DNA from: Metalysinibacillus jejuensis
GTDB lineage: Bacteria; Bacillota; Bacilli; Bacillales_A; Planococcaceae
Direction of reading: 5' to 3'
Assembly: GCF_003057615.1 (NCBI RefSeq)
Contig: NZ_QAFW01000008.1
Span: 19,122-51,121, forward strand
DNA length: 32,000 nucleotides
Below are positions 9,696-16,868 of this stretch, in pieces (positions within the stretch are counted from its first letter, which is position 1; every line of letters begins with the position of its first letter). Position numbers and translations under genes: made by a program. The notes below the pieces were generated by a model, which saw only the letters and a list, made by a program, of their open reading frames with translations, ran no database searches and had not been told where the DNA came from.

Positions 9696-9736
9696 ACTTT
9701 CACCCACTTCTTTCTTAAAATGAATACGCTACCAGA

Positions 9737-9767
9737 ATTATACTGTACCACGTTAATTTGTTTTCAA
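9737..9767 (-). promoter_or_regulatory. Putative promoter of the four-gene DrmAB-containing operon
   Basis: On the minus strand: TTGAAA (9767-9762), 19-nt spacer (long), TATAAT (9742-9737), about 40 nt upstream of the first gene. Confidence 0.25.
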
Positions 9768-9908
9768 CTATAAATGTAGGCACTCGTAAATACAGTATAG
9801 ATTTCCATTTATTAAACTCTTGGTCACAAAGATTTACTTTTTATTAGCTTAAAGATAGGTTTAGATTCTATCACCACTCATTATATTGCATCCACAAAGT
9901 GTTTTTAA

Positions 9909-10865
9909 TTATGAGTCTTGAATGATTTCTTGCAATTTTTGAATGCTCAAAACATTATCATATCTTCGATGAACCATGCGATGACAGTTAGCACATAGTG
10001 GTACTAGGTCTGTTACGGGATCAATAGCTTCTGGCTCTTCTAGCGTATGAAGTGGTTGAACGTGGTGAATTTCAATATAGTTTTTGCCATGTTCGCCGTA
10101 CTTTTCTTCAAATAAAAATCCACAGCCTACACAACGCACACCATGAACAGCAATTGCTTTTTTACGATTAGCAAAACTTCTTTCGTAGCGACTACCGTAA
10201 TAGTATGTGACCGCACCTTCTTTAATAATACCTTCTTCAACATCCTTACTTTCTTCGTCTGCTAATAATTCATCATCTGAAATAGCAATATCTTCTTCAG
10301 CTAGTTTCAAATAACTCACGTAGGTTTTCACCATCTTATTTGCATCCGCATACGCCTCACCTGCTTCTTCTAGTAGCTCAATGAGTTGTTCATGCGTTTC
10401 TCCTTCAAATAAACCTCTGTAATCTGCCTTCATTCCAAAGTAATAAAGCAAATTAGCGGAAACGCGCCCTTTTGTGTTGCCATTATGTCCAAGCACATTA
10501 ATATCTAACCAGCGATGAGGACGATTGTGCACAAGGTGCTCTACAATAACTCTACCTTTTAACAAATTAGGGTGTTGCAAATATTCACGCTTTCTTCCTG
10601 AAGGCTTTAGCAATGGCAATGTATATGTATTTCCTACTGTGATAGGATGACCACCTAAATAAGAGTAGTAGTAATGCATAGCTTGTTGCTGCTCTTTACT
10701 TACTTTTTGCTCAATTATTTGGGCTAATTGTTCAAGCTTATTAATATTCAATAAATTATCTTGAGTAGCTCCCCAGCTCTCTAAGTGATTTAAGCATGTC
10801 TCAATATCATTCGCTGTTAATGAAGTATGGCCCATTAACCATTCGCTAAAGGCTTGTCTATTCAT
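9909..10865 (-). CDS. HNH endonuclease with an uncharacterised N-terminal domain of about 220 aa
   Basis: C-terminal McrA-like HNH module: CVGCGFLFEEKYGEHGKNYIEIHHVQPL...DLVPLCANCHRMVHRR. The N-terminal two thirds have no recognisable motif. ATG is preceded by AAGGGGA. Confidence 0.85.
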   Translation of the reverse strand: MNRQAFSEWLMGHTSLTANDIETCLNHLESWGATQDNLLNINKLEQLAQIIEQKVSKEQQQAMHYYYSYLGGHPITVGNTYTLPLLKPSGRKREYLQHPNLLKGRVIVEHLVHNRPHRWLDINVLGHNGNTKGRVSANLLYYFGMKADYRGLFEGETHEQLIELLEEAGEAYADANKMVKTYVSYLKLAEEDIAISDDELLADEESKDVEEGIIKEGAVTYYYGSRYERSFANRKKAIAVHGVRCVGCGFLFEEKYGEHGKNYIEIHHVQPLHTLEEPEAIDPVTDLVPLCANCHRMVHRRYDNVLSIQKLQEIIQDS

Positions 10866-10897
10866 AATAACATCCCCTTAATTTCCTAATTATACCG

Positions 10898-10926
10898 ATT
10901 GTAGCAGCTTAAACTTTCGTTTTCAA
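10898..10926 (-). promoter_or_regulatory. Putative sigma-A promoter of the HNH gene
   Basis: On the minus strand: TTGAAA (10926-10921), 17-nt spacer, TACAAT (10903-10898), about 30 nt upstream of the start codon. Confidence 0.5.
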
Positions 10927-10931
10927 TAAAC

Positions 10932-10958
10932 AAAAAGCCGCTTCACTAAGAAGCAGCT
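10932..10958 (-). terminator. Probable rho-independent terminator (minus strand), downstream of the XRE gene / IS element
   Basis: Minus strand reads GAGCTGCTTC-TTAGT-GAAGCGGC followed by TTTTTG. The 8-bp stem has one mismatch. Confidence 0.4.
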
Positions 10959-10964
10959 CATGGA

Positions 10965-11140
10965 TATTAAGATTGGTTCATCGGTAACTGACTAAGGTCT
11001 TGACTTCTCCCACCCCTAAAGGAGTGGGATTCCAAAGGAGATTGATTCTAACGAACCCTTATCCGAAAGCACACATTAAACAATGCGTACTCTTTGAGGG
11101 TGAGCCAAGCACCCTTTAGCTTGTAAGATACGTGTATCTA
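10965..11140 (-). ncRNA. Predicted TnpB-associated omega (right-end) RNA scaffold; extent approximate
   Basis: By established TnpB biology, the guide RNA scaffold overlaps the 3' end of tnpB and the RE. This interval contains the strong hairpin TCCCACTCC-TTTA-GGGGTGGGA on the minus strand. No covariance check was possible. Confidence 0.35.
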
Positions 11141-12338
11141 TCAAGTTACTTTTGCGTAAAATATTTAACGCTCCGTTTATATCGGCATTGACAAGTATGC
11201 CTTTAGCGGTTTGATATAAGCCTCGCTTGATACGCTTCCCTGAAAATGACATGTTTTGTTTTTCCGCTGTCCACACTGGTAAAGCATCATTATCAAAGAA
11301 ACTCGCCTTACTTGTATAACTTTCCTCTTGCTCTACATAGTTAATGCCGTAATGCTCACATAGGTTATACAAATATTCACGCAATAAACCGAACGGAATT
11401 TGTGTGAATTGTTGGTTGTTCTTCTTCCCTAAATTCAGTCCACGCTTAAAGTCCTTGTTATAGCCAATGACAAGCGTTCCAATCTGTTGCCCTTTACATA
11501 GTTCAATAATGGAACGAGCAACTTTCCTCATGTAGTCCTTCACACGATTATTTCGCTTTATATCCATACTCGCTAACCTATTTGTATATTTCATGCCTTG
11601 CTTTATGGCGATTGATTGATACTTTGCCTTTTGTTTGTTGTAGTAATGGTTGATTGATTTTAAAGGTTTTCCATCGTACAAATACGATAGCCCATCACTT
11701 GTAACACAAGTAGCTACATTGTTTAAGCCAATATCAATGCTCATAGCCTTTTCTTTGTCCAGCATTACTGTTTCAAATGGTTGTTCGTATACATAGTGAA
11801 TGTCAAAGCGTTTGCCTTTCGCCTTTGGAATAATGCGTACTTCCTTTAATGTTTTCCCAACTAATTGTGGTGGGAATTTTATCTTAATTTCTTTTAATCC
11901 ACTTTTCTTTTTGTAGGCATTTGAAAGTGGTATGAAAAAATAACCATCTTTCACACGAATCGCATTTGTGCTTAAAATTAAAGGGAATAGTCCGTCTTTC
12001 GCTAAATACTTAGGTATTTTTACATCTTGAAAACGGTATTCACCTTGTTTTGCCTTCTTCATAAGATTGAAAAAGGATTTGAAACTACGGTCTACAACCT
12101 TTAAAATTTGTTGGGAAATACCCGCTTGCAATAGCTTATAGTTTTCATTATGTTTAGCAACATGATAATTTGACTCATACGTTAAAAACGACTTTTCTGT
12201 GAAGTAATGTTGCCTTATATTATACAAACTGACATTATACAAATTTTTACTAATACTACAAAGCTCTCGTAATACTCGATACTCTTGTTTTGTTAAACCT
12301 TTCATTCGATTTACTTGTGTTTTAAATGTTTTGTCCAT
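11076..12338 (-). CDS. tnpB: RNA-guided endonuclease TnpB (IS605 OrfB family)
   Basis: RuvC-like triad in the expected order: MSIDIGLNNVA (D), EQEESYTSKASF (E), VNADINGALNILRK (D). The N-terminal LTKQEYRVLRELCSISKNLYNVSLY helix region is typical of OrfB. Strong RBS AAGGAGGTG. Confidence 0.9.
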   Translation of the reverse strand: MDKTFKTQVNRMKGLTKQEYRVLRELCSISKNLYNVSLYNIRQHYFTEKSFLTYESNYHVAKHNENYKLLQAGISQQILKVVDRSFKSFFNLMKKAKQGEYRFQDVKIPKYLAKDGLFPLILSTNAIRVKDGYFFIPLSNAYKKKSGLKEIKIKFPPQLVGKTLKEVRIIPKAKGKRFDIHYVYEQPFETVMLDKEKAMSIDIGLNNVATCVTSDGLSYLYDGKPLKSINHYYNKQKAKYQSIAIKQGMKYTNRLASMDIKRNNRVKDYMRKVARSIIELCKGQQIGTLVIGYNKDFKRGLNLGKKNNQQFTQIPFGLLREYLYNLCEHYGINYVEQEESYTSKASFFDNDALPVWTAEKQNMSFSGKRIKRGLYQTAKGILVNADINGALNILRKSNLIDTRILQAKGCLAHPQRVRIV

Positions 12339-12438
12339 CTTTTCACCTCCTTGCTATATAAATATTATATAGTAAAATCACGAAAAAGAAAAGAGAAAGC
12401 ATCGAACAATTTGCTCGATACTCGCTATCATCCCACAG

Positions 12439-12786
12439 CTAAAGCAGTGGGTTTTCTCGCTCGTTCAAAGTATAATACAGCTTACCTTCTTGGACGACCG
12501 CTTCATACACCACCTCAAATGGCTCGGTAGCAAAACGTTCGGCAAACTCGTGATAACGCGCGCGGATAGCATCGCGGCTTAGCGTGCGCTTCGCCTGCAA
12601 CAGCTCATCAATGGTCATTTCAAACAAAGCCGCGAGCTGTGGCAACATCGTAATGTCAGGGTAGCTGACTCCCTTCTCCCATTTGGAAACGGATGCTTTT
12701 GTGACATTGCAAAACTGTGCCACTTGCTCCTGCGTCCAGCCACGTGCTTTACGTGCTGCGGCTAAGGTTTTATCAATTTGGATCAT
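12439..12786 (-). CDS. XRE-family helix-turn-helix transcriptional regulator (3' end replaced by IS sequence)
   Basis: HTH_3 signature RKARGWTQEQVAQFCNVTKASVSKWEKGVSYPDITMLPQLAALFEMTIDELL. The last ~12 codons or so (...YYTLNERENPLL*) read through the IS605 LE hairpin. Confidence 0.8.
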   Translation of the reverse strand: MIQIDKTLAAARKARGWTQEQVAQFCNVTKASVSKWEKGVSYPDITMLPQLAALFEMTIDELLQAKRTLSRDAIRARYHEFAERFATEPFEVVYEAVVQEGKLYYTLNERENPLL

Positions 12787-13617
12787 GCGCTCACTCCCTC
12801 TCTACCTCCATTGTAAAGTAGCGCACTACGAAATACTATCGCGCCATACGCTACTTTGAGTGGCAAAAATCAACTGCTAGGCAATAAAAAATAGCTAGAG
12901 GAAAACACTTGGAGATGATGTATGGGCAACAACAATTTTAGATTGTCTTTTATATCATTCCGTAACCTTTAGCTTTAAAGAGGATTCCTATCGTATGGCG
13001 GAAAAAAGAAAGTTGCCTTCAGCGGCTGAACCGGTGAAATGAGGATTTTCAGTTCTGCGTTTTTGGGGATTTTCAACCTGATACCGTAGCTTTTAACGGA
13101 GAGATAATTTAGAATGGGAGTATGGATAGGACAAGGCAACTTTTAGTGGCTCACATTTTAACGACTTTCCGAAAGAAGTCTCCCATCCTCAAGGAGTGTG
13201 AAGGTGTGAATAGCACCAATGAGTAGGTGGGAGATAAATTTCGGTTGGCTTTAGCCAAAGAATTTGGTAAAATATAGACATAATGTTCTTTGACAACTGG
13301 ATATATGGAGTTGCATACGGAAATAAGAGCGAAAACCAAGCCCCTCGTATGCGTAAAATATCCAAGGTACTAAAAACATTGCGTATCAGTAGGGTTGGAA
13401 TGCCCCGAATTCACGCTCGTGGAGAACACATAAGACTTGCTTGCAAGCTATGTTCGTGGAAGCGAGAAGCCCCCACTTCAAACGAAGTTAAGTGGTGGGT
13501 AGTTCACATAACAAAATACAGTAGGTTTAGCTAGTATTGAGGAACAAACCACCTCTATGATTTTTTTGAAATAGTATACTTTTTAGTAAGCTTAACTTGG
13601 CAAAGGAGAAGAACTAA

Positions 13618-13818
13618 ATGTCATTTATACAGCTTATCATTCTCTACATCGGATTTTTACCTTTGCCCATTTGGTGCATTGTATTTTGTGTAAATTTGGT
13701 CGAAATATTAAAAAAGGTAAAAAACGAAGAAAAAACTACAGCTAATACCTTTTGGCTTAGTCTATCATTTACTATTATCATGTGTAGCATGGCATCTCTA
13801 ATAATAAGTTCTCATTAA
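13618..13818 (+). CDS. Small hydrophobic membrane protein (66 aa, two predicted TM segments)
   Basis: ATG is preceded by AAAGGAGAAG. Two hydrophobic stretches (LIILYIGFLPLPIWCIVFCV and WLSLSFTIIMCSMASLII). A terminator follows. Confidence 0.5.
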   Translation: MSFIQLIILYIGFLPLPIWCIVFCVNLVEILKKVKNEEKTTANTFWLSLSFTIIMCSMASLIISSH

Positions 13819-13843
13819 ATGCGCTCTTTAATGGGGAATTTAA

Positions 13844-13992
13844 GAGGCTGGGACAAAAGAAAAAATGTGAGACGATTTTCAGAATCGCCTCACATTTTTT
13901 TACTTTCAAGCGCATTAAATGATTTGTTTAGCTAAGAAAATTACCACTCAAATTTTATATCTCTCCTAAAAATCGAGTTATGTCCCAGCCTC
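13844..13992. repeat. 149-bp segment bounded by perfect 12-bp inverted repeats GAGGCTGGGACA / TGTCCCAGCCTC (MITE-like)
   Basis: Inverted repeats at 13844-13855 and 13981-13992 enclose the terminator hairpin. Confidence 0.3.
13857..13901. terminator. Bidirectional rho-independent terminator
   Basis: 14-bp stem AATGTGAGACGATT (13864-13877) / AATCGCCTCACATT (13883-13896) with one mismatch and a 5-nt loop. An A-run lies upstream and a T7 run downstream. Confidence 0.7.
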
Positions 13993-14005
13993 AAACACTA
14001 AAACT

Positions 14006-14464
14006 TTATTTAGTATGAACTCTAGTAATAGTATATCTTTGCGTCCAACCGGTTAGACTGCCTTCTCCAACTTGAACCTGTATTTTAATCCACTTACCTT
14101 TGCTTCCTACCACTTCAACCTGTTGATCTTTAAGTATTTTGTCTGGATGGATTAATGGAGCGGACTTTGTTTTTCCCGCTCGTAAAAAGAAATCTTGTTT
14201 CGTAGTAGCGATGTAGGTTTTTTTCTTTTCACTTTTGGTTTTCTCAGATAGTAGCCCTTTCCATTCATTTATTAATTCTAAGATATCAAGCCCTTCTAAG
14301 TTCTCAGCAGCAAGTGAAAAATTTAGAATAATAAAAACGCTAATGCAGAAAAACACTACAGATAATATACTTTTCCCATAACGTTTAATCAGTATTTCTA
14401 AATTGCCTCTTAATACCCCTGTATCCTTTTCTTTTATATCACTTACAGTTATTGTGGCGGGCAC
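14006..14464 (-). CDS. Membrane-anchored protein with SH3b-like C-terminus; start uncertain, possibly N-terminally truncated
   Basis: TM segment ILSVVFFCISVFIILNF. C-terminus VEVVGSKGKWIKIQVQVGEGSLTGWTQRY resembles bacterial SH3. The frame stays open upstream to 14614 with no ATG, GTG or TTG. GTG 14464 has no convincing SD. Confidence 0.45.
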   Translation of the reverse strand: MPATITVSDIKEKDTGVLRGNLEILIKRYGKSILSVVFFCISVFIILNFSLAAENLEGLDILELINEWKGLLSEKTKSEKKKTYIATTKQDFFLRAGKTKSAPLIHPDKILKDQQVEVVGSKGKWIKIQVQVGEGSLTGWTQRYTITRVHTK

Positions 14465-14657
14465 TCCACTGAGTTCATTATTAACCTCAATATCTTTTAC
14501 CTCTCGGAGAATCTCATCTATAGTAAAGCCTTCAAGAGTTAATGTTAAATCTTGGCTGTTTTCGTAAACTTTGTTGCTTTTAAGATGAAAAATAAATATT
14601 GTGATACAATAAGGTTATAGGTTTGAATGCGATAAATTAAGAACAGGAGGGAATGTC

Positions 14658-14999
14658 TTGGACAGAAAATATATTCTTTTGTTTGCAATTATAATAATCG
14701 GATTACTATCTGCGTGTTCTCCCAACGGTGATAAAACTGACAATGGCAATACAGGTGAAATTAATGGCATAGAAAAAACTGTTTCTAATTTTATAGGAAC
14801 AATCAAGGATATTAACGGTCATAGGGCAATCGTTAATGCTAAAATTGGCGGGGGAGAAGGGGATGTGTTTGTTGACCTTTCTGTGAATAAAGATGAAACA
14901 TTCCAAGTCGGGGACAAGATAAAAGTAGAATACGATGGCACTATTTTAGAATCGAGTCCTGCCAAGATAAATACACTTTCTGTTGAATTGGTTGAATAA
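14658..14999 (+). CDS. Lipoprotein (DUF3221/YobA-like small beta protein)
   Basis: TTG start 7 nt after AGGAGG. Signal peptide with lipobox LLSAC. A terminator follows. Confidence 0.7.
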   Translation: MDRKYILLFAIIIIGLLSACSPNGDKTDNGNTGEINGIEKTVSNFIGTIKDINGHRAIVNAKIGGGEGDVFVDLSVNKDETFQVGDKIKVEYDGTILESSPAKINTLSVELVE

Positions 15000-15058
15000 A
15001 TACTTTTTCGTTTAACTCCCCTAAGTTCAATACGGACAATACAATATTACAAATAAGA

Positions 15059-15088
15059 ACGTTCAGATAGTCTGAGCGTTTTTATTTG
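15059..15088 (+). terminator. Rho-independent terminator of the lipoprotein gene
   Basis: Stem ACGTTCAGA (15059-15067) / TCTGAGCGT (15071-15079) with one G-U pair and loop TAG, followed by TTTTATTTG. Confidence 0.65.
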
Positions 15089-15107
15089 CTGATTGTAATG
15101 CAAATTT

Positions 15108-16306
15108 GCCGTTTAAATGTATGTTAATTGTGTTGTAATTTGTATTGTTTTTAGCGTTTTCTCCCCGTCATCCGAACCTGTATAGCAGAGTAATGTGCTA
15201 TTCTTTTTAATTCTTTACGAAACAGTCCTTAAATTATTGACTGTGGTGTTGTTCGATTTTTGACACGCTGAAATAAGCATTTGCTCAACTCGTTTTTCAA
15301 ATGCTAAATTCTTCCCTAATTCAAGCCAACGAAACCAGTAAAGGTAATTATCCAAGTATTTCGTTGCAACCCCTTAAAACCTTTCCATCCAAGTCTTCAA
15401 GCGGTTATGAAAGTTATTGACGTGTTGAATATGGTATATGCCTTTCTTTACACGCTGTTTCTGTCGTTCATTGACCGTTTCGTGCTGTAATCCCTTTATT
15501 TTGGCGAATTTTTTATAATTTGTTGCTGTATCCGTACATAACAAAGCAGACGGGTGAATATACTCACCTATCACTGTGTCAATTTCTTCGGCTTTAACAC
15601 GACCTGTTCCAGCTTTTCGAGCAATCACACTACCGTTGCGGTCTTGGGCTACAACAACAGCAATTTTAAGGTTTGAAATACCTCTTTTCTCGTCTTTCTC
15701 ACCACGCTTCTTGGGTTTTCTGTGGATGATTTCGCTACCTTTCATAGACTCACGAAAGAAGGTTTCGTCACTTTCAACGATACCTTGCAATTGATTAAAC
15801 CCAAGACTGCCTAATGCGTTCAAGATTTTATGCCTCCAATAGAAAGCGGTAGAGATATGAATTTCTAAACGTTCAGCGATTTTTGGCAGAGTATATCCTT
15901 CAACCATTAGTTCAATGTACTTTACCCACTTTTCAGGGTAGCGAGAGCCTGAAAATGGGGTGTTCGTCATATCATTGAAAGATTTCCCGCAATCATTACA
16001 TAGATAGCGTTGTCTCGAACGATATTTACCGTTCCGCTTAACCGATGTGCTTCCGCAATGAACACAGCCTAAACCAGAGGCAAATCGGGCTTCACGAATG
16101 CTTTTGAGTAGTTTAGTAATTTTATCTGGTTCATCTGGAAACAAGTCTTGTTTCATCGCATTAAATAACGCCATTTGCTCTGATTTGGTCAATTCACTGA
16201 AATCTTCATAAACATCTTCCCACATACTTGAACGCCTCCTTAAACCCCATTATATCAACCTTTTAACAGTATGGTCAAGAAAGCCACAATCTATACGAAA
16301 ACAGCC
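15108..16306 (-). mobile_element. IS1595-family insertion sequence (ends approximate)
   Basis: Contains an IS1595-type transposase. The termini are imperfectly inverted: GGCTGTTTTCGTATAGATTGTG (revcomp of ~16285-16306) versus GCCGTTTAAATGTATGTTAATTGTG (~15108-15132). No clear direct repeats seen. Confidence 0.55.
15215..16225 (-). pseudogene. IS1595-family transposase interrupted by an in-frame TAA (track ORF 15374..16225; the frame continues to 15215)
   Basis: N-terminal zinc ribbon CVHCGSTSVKRNGKYRSRQRYLCNDCGKSF. DDE-type core VESDETFF ... LCTDTATNY ... HVNNFHNRLK. After ...WMERF comes TAA (15376-15374). The same frame then reads GVATKYLDNYLYWFRWLELGKNLAFEKRVEQMLISACQKSNNTTVNNLRTVS*, the usual conserved C-terminus. 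Confidence 0.8.
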
Positions 16307-16669
16307 TAAATCTTTCATCGCGCCTTTGCTATTTACTAATTGTGTAAAATTTACAGAGTCAAATAAACTCACTTGTTTTTTTAAGTCTTCAAACATACCC
16401 TCTTGTTGCCTCATAATATCAGTAAAACTATTATTAGACGTAATGGCTGCCGCAGTTTCTTTTAACGTTTTCCACTGATTGTTGTTCAGCCCCATATCTT
16501 GTGCAGTGTTAGCAAATTCAGTAACATACTTAAACGCTCCGCTATCTAAAATTGATTGAATGGAGCTCTGTTGTTCCGCTATTTTTCTTAATGAACTCGG
16601 CATACTAGATTCAAATAGCTCCTGTTGCTTTATTATTGCTTTTAACGCCTCATTGTCATAAATACTCAA
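16250..16669 (-). CDS. Hypothetical protein (139 aa); its 3' end runs into the IS1595 terminus
   Basis: TTG start 6 nt after AGGAGGG. The last ~19 codons (16250-16306) lie inside the putative IS inverted repeat, so the native C-terminus has probably been replaced. Confidence 0.5.
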   Translation of the reverse strand: MSIYDNEALKAIIKQQELFESSMPSSLRKIAEQQSSIQSILDSGAFKYVTEFANTAQDMGLNNNQWKTLKETAAAITSNNSFTDIMRQQEGMFEDLKKQVSLFDSVNFTQLVNSKGAMKDLGCFRIDCGFLDHTVKRLI

Positions 16670-16740
16670 TCTGTTCCCTCCTAAGTAAATTTTTAATAGA
16701 ATCCCTTAAATCGCAATATTTACCACCAATTAAGTATAGC

Positions 16741-16768
16741 ATCATATTTATTCAATTTCTCAGTTCAA
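16741..16768 (-). promoter_or_regulatory. Putative promoter of the 139-aa ORF
   Basis: On the minus strand: TTGAAC (16768-16763), 16-nt spacer, TATGAT (16746-16741). Confidence 0.3.
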
Positions 16769-16827
16769 TATGTCTAATTATTATGCAGGCTGTATTTATT
16801 GTGGTAGCAAAAACATTAATCAACTAT

Positions 16828-16862
16828 AAAAAAAGCAGAGAGAAATGTACATTTCTCTCTGC
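16828..16862 (-). terminator. Rho-independent terminator of argGH
   Basis: Perfect 13-bp stem GCAGAGAGAAATG (16835-16847) / CATTTCTCTCTGC (16850-16862) with a 2-nt loop, followed on the minus strand by T7 (16834-16828). It begins 6 nt after the argH stop. Confidence 0.85.
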
Positions 16863-16868
16863 TCTGTG

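Larger units (their letters stand above)
10965..12475 (-). mobile_element. IS200/IS605-family element carrying tnpB only (no tnpA); boundaries approximate
   Basis: A TnpB ORF is flanked by subterminal CCCAC...GTGGG hairpins: 11008-11029 (3'/RE side) and 12431-12452 (5'/LE side). Base composition shifts sharply to GC-rich host sequence near 12480. Confidence 0.7.

Noticed and set aside
12315-13534. ORFs 12315..12530 (+), 13151..13339 (-) and 13283..13534 (+)
   Set aside because: They span IS-end hairpins and structured non-coding sequence, lack ribosome-binding sites, and have implausible composition. I treat the region as non-coding.
14615-14906. Minus-strand ORFs 14615..14806 and 14706..14906
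   Set aside because: They overlap the well-supported lipoprotein gene (strong RBS, lipobox) on the opposite strand and have no RBS or recognisable features.
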